DNA of 30,977 nucleotides from a virus (taxonomy: Duplodnaviria > Caudoviricetes): positions 1 through 30,977 of IMG/VR virus record IMGVR_UViG_3300033402_000761; one strand, 5' to 3'. The position numbers were made by a program, and so were the translations under genes. Below the pieces are notes generated by a model. The model was not told where the DNA came from and did not search any database. It saw only the letters and a list, made by a program, of their open reading frames with translations. Shown here piece by piece: positions 17,612-26,889 of the stretch (position 1 is the stretch's first letter; the number at the start of each line of letters is the position of its first letter).

Positions 17612-18187
17612 TTAAACGTACTGGTTGCTGTATCCGCTTCGGTATCCGGAGAGCGGGCCGAGGGCTTGACGGTCGAGAACGAGCGTTGCTACGACCGTTC
17701 CGGTGCCGCTGGTTGCCAGAGCTGCTCCCGCAATCGTGTAAGCGATACGGTAGAACTTGGGAATGAGGCTCGCCGGGTCGGCGACAGGCATTGGGATTCG
17801 TAACGCCTCCTGACCGGCGGCCAGGACGGTGTAGGGCGAGCTTGCACCGGCCGTATAAACCGGGCTTGAGGCCAAAGTCACATAAGTCCCGGGCGAACCG
17901 GAGCTATCCGGCGCAGCCTGAATGGAGACCTGGAGCGTTGAACTGCCGGAACTGCCACAAATGGCTATTGGCGCCATGACTACGACTAGAAGTGCCGGAT
18001 CGTCTCCAATACCGATATCACGGCCGTATCCGGAGGCCGAGCTTGCGATCTGGCTTACGTCGATGACGTTTGCCGAGTAGTAGGTTGTCGTTGTCGGCGG
18101 ATTCGCCCACGCCGTATTGATGACGGTTCCTCCGAGAATCCCGCCGCTCAGTGCGCCGTCAAAAAGCAAAAGGTTGTCCATTATCAT
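17612..18187 (-). CDS. Bbp16-like capsid cement/decoration protein
   Basis: MIMDNLLLFD, NVID...RDIGIG, LQVSIQ and YRIAYTI motifs; directly after the major capsid gene. Confidence 0.85.
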   Translation of the reverse strand: MIMDNLLLFDGALSGGILGGTVINTAWANPPTTTTYYSANVIDVSQIASSASGYGRDIGIGDDPALLVVVMAPIAICGSSGSSTLQVSIQAAPDSSGSPGTYVTLASSPVYTAGASSPYTVLAAGQEALRIPMPVADPASLIPKFYRIAYTIAGAALATSGTGTVVATLVLDRQALGPLSGYRSGYSNQYV

Positions 18188-18239
18188 GGTGAAATCTCCT
18201 TTGTTGTTTCAGGCGAAGGTTCGAATTTCGCTCTTGCCA

Positions 18240-18323
18240 TTTCGCGTCCTTTCTTCGCGCCTTCGCGTCTTCGCGTGAAAAGGTCTTTTTCACTGTTCAC
18301 TGTTCACTGTTCACCGTTCACTG
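18240..18323. repeat. CTTCGCG repeat plus (TTCACTG)5
   Basis: CTTCGCG C CTTCGCG T CTTCGCG TGAAA, then five TTCACTG/TTCACCG units next to the capsid stop. Confidence 0.9.
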
Positions 18324-18326
18324 CCC

Positions 18327-19403
18327 CTACACCACGCGGGCCTCAGTATTCAAAAGCTGGTCGCAGGTCCTGATCGGAATGCCCCTGAAACTGGTCACGG
18401 ACTTTCCGTCGAACTCGTCCATCTTCAAGAGCACGTTCTGTTTGTTGAGGGCCTGGATGTCGAGCCAGGTGGAAATGGCGCGGTTGCAGTAAAAAGCCCC
18501 TCTGCCAAGGGTCAACTGAGGTTCCCCGTTCTGGCCGGAGGTCTGAACGTTTCCGGCCCTGGCCGGCTGAGTCGGCAGCCGGTGAATTGCCCGGATCATG
18601 AGATTGATGAGGTTCGGAGGCGTGCCGCCGGAAAGCTGGGTCACGTCAATGTTTGCGATCCTGACCGCGTACCTCCAGTCTTTCACGACGATCCCGGCAT
18701 CCCACTTGAACTGGCTTCTCCAGACGTAATAGACGTTGTTTGAGCCATCGAGCTTTTGCTGCTTGCCCAGGTCGATTTGCTGAAAACCCGCTTTCATGCC
18801 TTTGGGGAAAATGCCGTGAACCGAAGTCGGACCCCAGAAGATGAGCCAAACGGACGTGTTGGTCGATCCGGTTCCGCCGGCGTCGATTACGTTGTTCGCG
18901 GTCTGCGCGGTTGAAGTCGAAACACTGGGATACCTGGGAGCCAGTCCCATAAAGGCGGCCGGTCCGCCGCTGGCAGCTCCGGTCGGTCCTACCACCCCGG
19001 ATATGTTGTTGTAGAAGATGGTCGATGCCATCTGCTGGTTCATGCCCTCAAGGAAGGCAAGCTCTTCCGAGAGCCTCAGCGCCCGGTTGTCTCCGGCCAG
19101 CTCGACGAGCATTTCATCGATATCGGAAAAGGTTTCCATGTGCCCGCAGGTCTCGGTGATCTGCGCGGTGGTCGATTTGCCGGTGGGAACTCCGACGTTT
19201 AAGAGCCGCCAGTAGGCTTGAGGAAGCCCGGTGCGCACGGTCGTCTTATGCCCCGTGGGAAGGTTTCCTTCAATCCAGAGCATGTCGTCCAAGATTTCGT
19301 TTGTCTGGGACAAAAGATTGATGATCTCGGCGATTTTGCCGTCGTCATCAACCCGTTTCGCCCAGTCCATAAGCGTCATTGCGGAAGGTCCAATTGTGGG
19401 CAT
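18327..19403 (-). CDS. Major capsid protein (Bbp17-like)
   Basis: 358 aa; TLMDWAKR, LSQTNEILDDM..EGNLPTGH..TVRTGLP, DWRYAVRIANID and FRGIPIRTCDQLLNTEARVV motifs. Confidence 0.95.
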   Translation of the reverse strand: MPTIGPSAMTLMDWAKRVDDDGKIAEIINLLSQTNEILDDMLWIEGNLPTGHKTTVRTGLPQAYWRLLNVGVPTGKSTTAQITETCGHMETFSDIDEMLVELAGDNRALRLSEELAFLEGMNQQMASTIFYNNISGVVGPTGAASGGPAAFMGLAPRYPSVSTSTAQTANNVIDAGGTGSTNTSVWLIFWGPTSVHGIFPKGMKAGFQQIDLGKQQKLDGSNNVYYVWRSQFKWDAGIVVKDWRYAVRIANIDVTQLSGGTPPNLINLMIRAIHRLPTQPARAGNVQTSGQNGEPQLTLGRGAFYCNRAISTWLDIQALNKQNVLLKMDEFDGKSVTSFRGIPIRTCDQLLNTEARVV

Positions 19404-19423
19404 TGATTATTCTCCCCTGAGAG

Positions 19424-20119
19424 CTACTTGCCCTCGGTTGAACTCATAGTTGGATAAAGTTTGTCGAGCAAAGTTCCCTGAGATGCCAGAACGGGCTTGC
19501 CGGTAAGGCTTCCCGGCTCTTTCAGGATATTGCCCATCTTCACGAACAGCTTGACGATCGCGGGGTTATTACCCGCGCCCGTTGCGTTTAACGCCTCCCT
19601 CAGGCTCTCGGCCTCTGCGGCGTCTTTTACGAACGGGTTCGATTCGCCTGGTTCAAAGACCAGCGCTGCTGTCTTCACGGAGTCCTGGAACTTCGTTCCA
19701 CCGATCTCCGGGTCTGCTTTGACCTCTTCTTGCCATTTCGCCTGGGTCTCAGCCCACAACTTGTATGGCGCCTCGGTCATGGCCTTGATTTTTGCTCCGC
19801 CGAACTCCAGAAGCTTTTGCGCCTGCTCTTGCGTCAAGTCCTGCTCTTTGGCAAAAATCTTGAATTCGGAGAGCGCATCAGGATCGAATTCCAGCCCTTC
19901 CGGCTTCGTAAATTCGGCGTATTCCTCAGGAGCCCGAGGCTCGGGTTTTGGAGGCTCGTCCTCGATTGGCTTTCCATCCGGTCCAAGCTTGGGTTCCGGG
20001 ACTGGAGTCGGCTCGGGATCTTTGCCCACGATGGGAGCCGGTGGAGTAATCTCCGGATTCGGCGTAGGCGTCGGTTCCGGTGTAGGGGTCGGGATCGGCG
20101 TAAGTTCTGGATCAGGCAT
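19424..20119 (-). CDS. Capsid scaffolding protein
   Basis: Pro-rich N-terminus, APEEYAEF..PEG, LTQEQAQKL, DPEIGG, GAGNNPAIVKLF; directly before the capsid gene. Confidence 0.85.
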   Translation of the reverse strand: MPDPELTPIPTPTPEPTPTPNPEITPPAPIVGKDPEPTPVPEPKLGPDGKPIEDEPPKPEPRAPEEYAEFTKPEGLEFDPDALSEFKIFAKEQDLTQEQAQKLLEFGGAKIKAMTEAPYKLWAETQAKWQEEVKADPEIGGTKFQDSVKTAALVFEPGESNPFVKDAAEAESLREALNATGAGNNPAIVKLFVKMGNILKEPGSLTGKPVLASQGTLLDKLYPTMSSTEGK

Positions 20120-20534
20120 GAGATTTCCTTTCCTTTTCGATTTTGGCTTTGACTAAAAATTGATATAGCTCGGGGTCCTGGCTCCGTATCGCTTCGAGCA
20201 AGACCCGTTCGTTGCCCTTCCTGTGGTCCTCGCATTGCTCTCGGATCTGCAGGTTGAAGTCCCTGAAATCCCCGTGGTGCCCATGCGTGAGATGACAGTT
20301 GAGGTATCCGCCCTCTTCGCAAAGAGTGATCAGGTTGTCGGGATCAAGTTCGAGTTCCGGCGCCAGGTGGAAAGGTTTTATATGATGTACCTGCAAACAC
20401 GCGGTTGCCCCGCACCACTGGCATTCGGGCTCTTTGGCAAGATGTTCTTTTTCTACGCGATGCCATTCGGGACTTCTCAGACGAGCCGGCTTGCCCCTGC
20501 TGATGTCATGGATAAGCTTGAGATGTCTTTGCAT
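20112..20534 (-). CDS. HNH endonuclease
   Basis: CQWCG...VHHIKP...DNLITLC...CHLTHGH motif. Confidence 0.9.
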   Translation of the reverse strand: MQRHLKLIHDISRGKPARLRSPEWHRVEKEHLAKEPECQWCGATACLQVHHIKPFHLAPELELDPDNLITLCEEGGYLNCHLTHGHHGDFRDFNLQIREQCEDHRKGNERVLLEAIRSQDPELYQFLVKAKIEKERKSHA

Positions 20535-20544
20535 CTTCGTCCCC

Positions 20545-20578
20545 GCGTGTTATGTGACATTGCGTGTTATGTGACATT
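20545..20578. repeat. 17-bp perfect tandem duplication
   Basis: GCGTGTTATGTGACATT x2 upstream of the HNH gene. Confidence 0.9.
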
Positions 20579-20588
20579 CGACCGGGCA

Positions 20589-20756
20589 TTACTTCCCCTT
20601 TGCTCTTTCGCCTGCCGCTATTCCTTCGCGGATTGCCCTTGCCTCGTCCCCGGTTGCGTGCAGCACCTTATTCGCGACCTCAGAGGCCACTTTGGATTGC
20701 GTGTGGCTCAAATGGCGCGCATGCTTGATTCGAAAACCTGCCGGGGTCCAGGGCAT
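20589..20756 (-). CDS. Small ChaB-like protein (not in the ORF track)
   Basis: 55 aa MPWTPAGF...VANKVLHATGDEARAIREG; AAGGA RBS. Confidence 0.6.
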   Translation of the reverse strand: MPWTPAGFRIKHARHLSHTQSKVASEVANKVLHATGDEARAIREGIAAGERAKGK

Positions 20757-20773
20757 CTGCTATCCTTGTCGCC

Positions 20774-20814
20774 AAAAGAAAAAGCCGCTCCTGCCTGTGC
20801 ACAGGGACGGCTTT
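20774..20814 (-). terminator. Intrinsic terminator-like hairpin inside the head operon
   Basis: mRNA AAAGCCG-TCC-CTGT-GC-ACAG-GCA-GGA-G-CGGC followed by TTTTTCTTTT. Confidence 0.55.
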
Positions 20815-20896
20815 CTCAATTTTGGCTCCCGCAACGGTGATCAGCCGGCGGGAAAAATTGTCAGAGTTTGTTAACCTATCGCATCAATCGTTTCCC

Positions 20897-20927
20897 TTCA
20901 TCATTCATCATTCATCACTCATCATTC
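20897..20927. repeat. (TTCATCA)4 heptamer tract
   Basis: Overlaps the stop of the Bbp19-like gene. Confidence 0.85.
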
Positions 20928-21235
20928 TTCTTCGTGTTCTCAACCGCCATTTTCGCGTACAGGTTCGGATCAAGCCGGTTGATTTCCGCCAATCTTCGCA
21001 ATCCGATGTCACGCCTTCCTTCCGCGAAAGCGATCTCGAGTGCGTCTTTCGAAAACGAGCTGTGAAACACTCCGCATTCGGTGAGCAGGTCCCACATCCA
21101 GGCGCGGCCCTCGGAATCTGACATGAGCTTTCGAAACCCGGACTTCTTCAGGTGCTCCCGGATCTTCGCCTTGCTCTGCCGCTTCGCCACCTGCTGGGCA
21201 TCGCCGGCGTTGTATGCTTGCTGCTCTTCGCTCAT
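20915..21235 (-). CDS. Bbp19-like head protein
   Basis: LMSDSEGRAWMWDLL..CGVF..SF...AFAEGRRDIGL motif; between portal and scaffold. Confidence 0.88.
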   Translation of the reverse strand: MSEEQQAYNAGDAQQVAKRQSKAKIREHLKKSGFRKLMSDSEGRAWMWDLLTECGVFHSSFSKDALEIAFAEGRRDIGLRRLAEINRLDPNLYAKMAVENTKKNDE

Positions 21236-21253
21236 CGTCAATGGTCCCCGTCA

Positions 21254-21562
21254 CTACCAACTTATTGTCGTCGCAGTAATAAACTTCCAAAGTGGCGTGC
21301 CGTATGCCGCTCTTATTGAAATAGGGACTGGAAAGAAGGGATAGAAGTCTATATCACCCATTTCGGAGTTGATCGTTTCTATTGTCCAACCGTGAGCCTT
21401 CATGCAGTCACGGTTCTCGCGGCACAGATTCCAGTCACGGAAAAAATCCGTCTCATAATCACATGGCTGAGCATGGGTCCACCTCATGATGTCCGGCGGC
21501 CCATCAATGGTTACGCAGCCGCATACCAGAAGTACCAGAATAGAAAGCAGAAGGTACCGCAT
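21254..21562 (-). CDS. Putative lipoprotein
   Basis: MRYLLLSILVLLVCGC lipobox; DCMKAHGW motif. Confidence 0.65.
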   Translation of the reverse strand: MRYLLLSILVLLVCGCVTIDGPPDIMRWTHAQPCDYETDFFRDWNLCRENRDCMKAHGWTIETINSEMGDIDFYPFFPVPISIRAAYGTPLWKFITATTISW

Positions 21563-22431
21563 TAGTTTGCCCCCGGAATAAGCTCTACTGCGTAAGATTC
21601 AAGCTGAACCCTGGAGTATCTTGCCACTTCGCCGCCGCTTGACCAGAAAGTGCTGTTGGCGCAGGGGCAGGCGTAGACAGCAGTTGTGGAGTTGGTGCCG
21701 GTGAGCAATGGAGTCGTGGTCACATTGGCGCAACTCGATGATCCGCCCGTCCAGGACGTGCCGCTGATATTGACATAATCGCCCACGGCAAAGTTGTTGG
21801 TCGCCGTAGTGAGAGTGCAGTTGGTGCCGTTGGCTGAACCGGCGCTTGGGGCTACGTAGCCTGAACCTGCCGTCTCAAGAGATGTAGCTGGAGCAAATGA
21901 GATCGTTACAGCATTCGCTGTATTCACAGCATAGGTCTGAACTGTGGTAGTAGTCGGCCCAAATACATATGCAGAAGCTACTGAAGTTGTTATTTGGGAA
22001 GACGCACTGCCTCGATTACTTATAATATCTTCCGAGAAATAAGAAGCATATGCTCCAAGACTGGCGCTTTTGAAATAATTTCCTCCAAAAGCTATGTTCA
22101 TGTATTTGGCATTGGATGAGTTCGTACAAGACCAAAGAGAGGTAATTCTCAGGCTGCCAGATAGGCCCATGCCACCACCCGGCACAGTGCAGGATGCCAC
22201 CTGAGTATTCCCGGTAGGTGCCAAAGTCCATCCCGAACCATTGTAAATCAACTGTGGGACCGAACTTTGACATAGCACGCGGGGCAAGCTGAGTCCGTTG
22301 ATTGTCTCTTGATTTGATGGCGTATCGGTAAGTGCTTTCGGCACCCCCGTAGGCTGCTCCCACCCCTGGCCATAGGCTGCGGCTGCGCAAAAAACCGCCA
22401 GGATGACTGTGAAAAGGGCAATCTTTCTCAC
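21562..22431 (-). CDS. Putative exported Ser/Thr-rich beta protein
   Basis: GTG start with GAGGAG RBS; signal peptide RKIALFTVILAVFCAAAAYG; 289 aa. Confidence 0.75.
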   Translation of the reverse strand: MRKIALFTVILAVFCAAAAYGQGWEQPTGVPKALTDTPSNQETINGLSLPRVLCQSSVPQLIYNGSGWTLAPTGNTQVASCTVPGGGMGLSGSLRITSLWSCTNSSNAKYMNIAFGGNYFKSASLGAYASYFSEDIISNRGSASSQITTSVASAYVFGPTTTTVQTYAVNTANAVTISFAPATSLETAGSGYVAPSAGSANGTNCTLTTATNNFAVGDYVNISGTSWTGGSSSCANVTTTPLLTGTNSTTAVYACPCANSTFWSSGGEVARYSRVQLESYAVELIPGAN

Positions 22432-22442
22432 CGCGCTCTCCT

Positions 22443-22778
22443 CTATGAAAAGAATGAAAGGCTTACAAGGCACGCGCCGGTTGCGATAATGCCGATGCTG
22501 GTCGCGCCGTTTAGCGACAGATTGAGAGGGTTTACTTCGTATCCTGAACCGTTTGTCACGTTGGAACTCGGGACAGTCATGCCGCTCGTGGCATTCAGCA
22601 AAACCAGGAGATCCGCTCCAGCCGTGCGGCCGATTTTGACGAAGTTCGCGCCGGTCGGAACGGTGGCGTACTGCGCGGTATTCGCGGTCATCACATAGTT
22701 GTTGATCGTATCGCTTTGTTGGGCCGTCTCAAACAGAGGCTGCCCCATCCCGTCAACGCCCTGTGTCATTCGTAACAT
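22443..22778 (-). CDS. Hypothetical beta-rich protein (possible virion decoration)
   Basis: 111 aa, VPTGANFV motif, GGGGA RBS. Confidence 0.7.
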   Translation of the reverse strand: MLRMTQGVDGMGQPLFETAQQSDTINNYVMTANTAQYATVPTGANFVKIGRTAGADLLVLLNATSGMTVPSSNVTNGSGYEVNPLNLSLNGATSIGIIATGACLVSLSFFS

Positions 22779-22826
22779 CCCTTATCCCCTTTCAGGGCCG
22801 CTGTGGCACTGGCGGCCCGACACCAC

Positions 22827-22979
22827 CTATGAAAGTTGCGACAGCAAATCCCTACCCAATTCGATCAAATCGTCTTCATCGGAACCGAGCGCATCGACGG
22901 CCACCCTGAGCAGTTCGCGGAATCTGCCCGCGAATTCGGCCGGGATCTCGATCTCATAGTCGTAGAGTTCGCCGCTCAT
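22827..22979 (-). CDS. Small acidic protein (not in the ORF track)
   Basis: 50 aa MSGELYDYEIEIP...; ATGA overlap with the portal stop. Confidence 0.55.
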   Translation of the reverse strand: MSGELYDYEIEIPAEFAGRFRELLRVAVDALGSDEDDLIELGRDLLSQLS

Positions 22980-24703
22980 TGCACCACTCCGCCACCCGGC
23001 TGCGAATAACCCAGCATCTTCTGCAGCGCATTCTGTCCGCCCCCAACATCTGTGTCGCTCAAGGTCTTTGCGCCCTGCGCGGCCGCCATCGACTGCTGCA
23101 ACATCATCTGCTGCTGCATCTGCTGATTTCTTTGCTGCCTTAGTTTGTCCCTCTTCTCCTGTGCGACAATTAGCTTCTGAGTCACTCCGACGAGGTCCGC
23201 GTATTCTCGGACTGTTTCGTCAAAGTCAACATTGTCAAGAGTTTCAGGCTTGGCGGCTGCGAGATTTCCAACGAAAGCGACCAGCCGTTCAATTCCGGTT
23301 GTTGCAGTAGATTTTTGAGCGTCCGCAAGAGTGGACACACATTCAATATCGAAAGCGCGTCCCCGGATCTCACGGGGAGCAGGCGGCACAAGTCCAGCGC
23401 GGTACATGACGGCAAACACGCGCGTGATAAAAGGATTGATAAGTTCAAACTGGCTCCTTTCCAGAAACGGCCCAAGCATCAGCATCTTCTCCTGCTTGCG
23501 CTCGATGATCTCGGTTGCCGTCCTGACCGTGTCGAGCTGGCTTATCATCAGGAATAGGTCGGCAAAAAAAGTGCTCTTGATCCTGTCTTCCGCCTTCGCG
23601 ATCTTTTCCTCGGCCCCGCGGATATCGGGAGGAACTTCATACGCCGGCTTAAATCCGCTTTGCGCAAGGTTGGCCACGTATGTGACCCCGCCGGGCAATA
23701 AACTTGCGGGTTCGTTTTTCATGGAAACATCGGCAACCATCGGAGGATTCAGCACCTTGTCGATGGCCTGCGCCGTCCTCCGCTCCAGGGTCTGGAGCAT
23801 CTTGCTGGTTGCCAGGCATTCCATGCCCGGAGACCTGCCGTAGGAATCGTTCCCGATGACATGCCATCTCGGCGCGCAAAAGGGCTGCTCGTGATAGCCT
23901 TTAAGCTCCAAAACCAGTGCTGGATTCTGACCCCACTCCCAGATGACGGACCGGAACTTCCGGCCTTTCAAGCCCGGTATCTGGGGCGCCCGGTCGTCAT
24001 TGGGCTCGATTGCCTGACAGACGTTTATCTCACGGTCGTGCAGCCTGCTTTCATAAAGTGACTTAACGGTCGGAGAGCAAGTCTCAAGTCCGAAACGGTC
24101 CACTATTTGCGCCACAGTGAGGACGTATTCCCGATACAGGGTGTCGATGATATTGCGCCCGCTGGACCCGACGTAGTATTCGCCGGCCGTAAGAGTTTGG
24201 CATCTAATAACGTCGTCATAGTCATCCTCGATGAGCGTGCAGCCCGTCCCAAATACTCCGAGTTCTTCGTAGATCACATGGAGGGCGTTGTACGCATTGG
24301 ATTGGGACAATACTGTGAGCACCCGCTTGGTGACTTCATCAAGCCAGAGCCGGACTGGTGTATTGTCCTCCACATCCATGTCCCGAATGCTAAGACGAAA
24401 CCAAGGGCGAGCAGGAGAAGTAAGACCCGCCATAAGTCCCGCAGCCAACGTCCTTGCCGCAAGGGTCGGAGTCTCATTGATAATCCTCGATCCAAGTGGA
24501 TCACCTCGTGTGGCCTGGTTCGGGGTCTGAAGATAGCGCCCGCGCCTTGGCAGGATGAAATCGGATAACTGCCTCCAGTGCTGCCAGTAGCTCCAACGGT
24601 CCTGACGCATGGAAACAAGCCGCCGGTCAATGTACTGGCGAAGCGGAATCAGATCGTTCGGATTCGCTTTGATGCCGGGGAAATAGTGAATAGGCGCGGC
24701 CAT
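22976..24703 (-). CDS. Portal protein / head-tail connector (Bbp21, T7 gp8-like)
   Basis: GLMAGLTSPARPWFRL, YGRSPGM, RTATEIIERKQEKMLMLGP and AAQGAKTLSDT motifs; start at MAAPIHY (TAATG overlap, GGAGG RBS). Confidence 0.95.
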   Translation of the reverse strand: MAAPIHYFPGIKANPNDLIPLRQYIDRRLVSMRQDRWSYWQHWRQLSDFILPRRGRYLQTPNQATRGDPLGSRIINETPTLAARTLAAGLMAGLTSPARPWFRLSIRDMDVEDNTPVRLWLDEVTKRVLTVLSQSNAYNALHVIYEELGVFGTGCTLIEDDYDDVIRCQTLTAGEYYVGSSGRNIIDTLYREYVLTVAQIVDRFGLETCSPTVKSLYESRLHDREINVCQAIEPNDDRAPQIPGLKGRKFRSVIWEWGQNPALVLELKGYHEQPFCAPRWHVIGNDSYGRSPGMECLATSKMLQTLERRTAQAIDKVLNPPMVADVSMKNEPASLLPGGVTYVANLAQSGFKPAYEVPPDIRGAEEKIAKAEDRIKSTFFADLFLMISQLDTVRTATEIIERKQEKMLMLGPFLERSQFELINPFITRVFAVMYRAGLVPPAPREIRGRAFDIECVSTLADAQKSTATTGIERLVAFVGNLAAAKPETLDNVDFDETVREYADLVGVTQKLIVAQEKRDKLRQQRNQQMQQQMMLQQSMAAAQGAKTLSDTDVGGGQNALQKMLGYSQPGGGVVQ

Positions 24704-25086
24704 TAGGCTTCCGCCTCCCAATATCTCTCTTGTTTCTGCGGCATCTGCTGAGCCTGAATTTCTTCCTGTCGGCGCCTCAATTCCTCAAGCATCGCGCTCC
24801 GTTCTTCAGCCGAAAGCCTTTTCAGTTGATTGAGATCCCACACATTCCCGCATCCCAGGCAGCGCATAACCGGCTGTCGTCCGATCTCGGTTTTGCCCGT
24901 AGGCGATACGATCTCCGATATCTCTACGAACCGCGCGCAGTTGTCCTGAAATGCATTGGCCATGCAATTAGGGCAATGATAAGTTGCCGCTCGCTCTGCA
25001 TCGGGAATCTGTACGAGCATGGGCTGCTGTTGAACCTGAGCCGCCCGGCCATTACCGTTCGCCTTTGCAAACTGTCCGTGTCCCAT
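24703..25086 (-). CDS. Zinc-ribbon protein
   Basis: CPNC...ISEIVSPTGK...CLGCG. Confidence 0.75.
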   Translation of the reverse strand: MGHGQFAKANGNGRAAQVQQQPMLVQIPDAERAATYHCPNCMANAFQDNCARFVEISEIVSPTGKTEIGRQPVMRCLGCGNVWDLNQLKRLSAEERSAMLEELRRRQEEIQAQQMPQKQERYWEAEA

Positions 25087-25087
25087 C

Positions 25088-25300
25088 TCAGCCCCCCAAT
25101 AGCGTCTTTCCGCTGGCCGTTGTACTTGCCTGATTCTGTAATCCCATCGGCCCGGTCAGAATCGTCTGAGACGCACCATATGCCATGGCCGCAAGGTTTC
25201 TTTGGTTCTGCCCCGCATTCTGCACGCCCTGGTCAGGCAGACTTGGGGCAGGCGCAGGCGCAGGCGGGACGCTTGGAACTGATGGAGAACCAAAACACAT
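25088..25300 (-). CDS. Small virion protein of the terminase-portal interval
   Basis: MCFGSPSVP...TILTG..G...GKTLLGG, the pattern typical of the gene before the portal in BPP-1/T7-like phages. Confidence 0.8.
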   Translation of the reverse strand: MCFGSPSVPSVPPAPAPAPSLPDQGVQNAGQNQRNLAAMAYGASQTILTGPMGLQNQASTTASGKTLLGG

Positions 25301-25317
25301 AACTCACTCCGTTCGAG

Positions 25318-25372
25318 TTTCTGGTTGCTGGTTTTGGGTTTACTAAAAACTAAAAACTCAAAACTGAAAACT
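25318..25372. repeat. Opposed heptamer tracts (GTTTYNG)n / (AAAACTN)n
   Basis: gtttctg gttgctg gttttgg gttt, then actaaaa actaaaa actcaaa actgaaa act, next to the terL stop. Confidence 0.75.
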
Positions 25373-25374
25373 AT

Positions 25375-26889
25375 CTAAAATGGATTGTAGTCCGTTTGTA
25401 TTTGAGCCCTGGAGCTTGCCTGCGCTCCCTCCAGAGGATCGTACTCCGTCACTGCAAACGCCGGCTTGCGGATACGCGAACGCGCAGATACCGGGTACGC
25501 AAAGCTTATCGCCAGGCAGTCAGCTCTATTGGGGCTCTTCAGTCCCCGCTTCTTCATGTCGGCCTTCGCCTCAAGCTGAATCTTTCCATCAGCCCTGCCG
25601 ACTGTCTCTGGGCCGATCAGGTCATTGTAGAGGGTCGTATCCGGCGGGATCGCGCCGCCCTCTTTCAGCCAGTCCCGCATAAGCTTCCACATCTCGGCGC
25701 GTTTATTGAGGCATCCCGAATCGGAGGATTCACCTGAAAACCATACGAGCTGCCAACTGCGGCCCAAAGTCCGGCCTGCGCTGACGATCCCGGTCCCATA
25801 GCCGGCATCAATGAATACCGCGTCGGCATTTTCGGTGTCCTCTAGGTTGGCAATGATATTGGCGACCTGGATGTCGTTATCATTTTTGGGGATCATTCGA
25901 AGAAGCTTGAACGCGAGGCCCTGACGTAATCCGATTACCAGCTCATCATCGCCTTCCCAGGCCGGATCGACGGAAACGATCTTCGGCGCAAAGTTGTACT
26001 GTTCTTCTCTTAGGTGCCTGCCAAAAGCTGTGTCCACATCGGCCACGGAAATAAACTGTCTTGCCGACATCGCCGGAAACATCCCCCGCACCCGCACCTT
26101 GACGAAATCGGAGTCAATTCCGTAATCCCTGATCCATTCTTCGATCTGTTCCTTATTAGTGAACTTGCTGGTTCGGGAGTCGATCTGCCTAGTGCTCCAG
26201 CGGTGAGCGGTTTTGCCCGTGAAGCAATCCTTGAACCTGCCTGTGTTCCTCGTAGGGTTTCCAAAGACGCACCAGATTATCTGCGTTCCCTCGTCGGTCA
26301 GGGCCCCCTCGGATACCTCCCATATAACATCGGGAATCGCGCTTGCCTCATCGAATATGAGCAGGATCCTGTTCCCCTTGTTGTGCAACCCCGCGAAGGC
26401 CTCGGTGTTCCGTTCATTCCAGGCAACCTGGTCGATCCTCCATGTCTTCTCACGGCCTTGGACCTTGCTGAAAGTCGCCGTTGTGGTCAGTTCGAAAATC
26501 TCGTTTGCGAACCGGCAACGTCTGAACCATACCGACAGCTCCGCCCAGGTCTTAGTTTTGAGCTGCGTCTCGGTATTAGCGGTTACAACCCCTCGGGTGT
26601 CCGAAAATGTGCTCATAGCCCAAAGGATCAACCACGCTACAAGGGCCGATTTTCCTACCCCGTGTCCGCTTGCCGTCGCTTGGCGGATAACTTTTCCAGG
26701 GTCCGCGCCGTCTTGAAGCTTTTCGGCGATTTCGGCAAGCAACTGCGCCTGCCATTCGTCCGGCCCGTCGGATTGGGCCAGTTCGCCACTGCCCCAGTCG
26801 AACGCACATTGAACCCAGCCCAAGGGGTCTAAGGCGTATTTGGCAAGATTGGTTCCCAATCCTTTTTCAGGCCTGTCTGCACGATGCAC
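25375..26889 (-). CDS. terL: Terminase large subunit
   Basis: Walker A ASGHGVGKS, Walker B LLIFDEAS, FGNPTRNTG, nuclease VDPA and SPNRAD motifs; GTG start after GAGGAGG. Confidence 0.96.
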   Translation of the reverse strand: MHRADRPEKGLGTNLAKYALDPLGWVQCAFDWGSGELAQSDGPDEWQAQLLAEIAEKLQDGADPGKVIRQATASGHGVGKSALVAWLILWAMSTFSDTRGVVTANTETQLKTKTWAELSVWFRRCRFANEIFELTTTATFSKVQGREKTWRIDQVAWNERNTEAFAGLHNKGNRILLIFDEASAIPDVIWEVSEGALTDEGTQIIWCVFGNPTRNTGRFKDCFTGKTAHRWSTRQIDSRTSKFTNKEQIEEWIRDYGIDSDFVKVRVRGMFPAMSARQFISVADVDTAFGRHLREEQYNFAPKIVSVDPAWEGDDELVIGLRQGLAFKLLRMIPKNDNDIQVANIIANLEDTENADAVFIDAGYGTGIVSAGRTLGRSWQLVWFSGESSDSGCLNKRAEMWKLMRDWLKEGGAIPPDTTLYNDLIGPETVGRADGKIQLEAKADMKKRGLKSPNRADCLAISFAYPVSARSRIRKPAFAVTEYDPLEGAQASSRAQIQTDYNPF

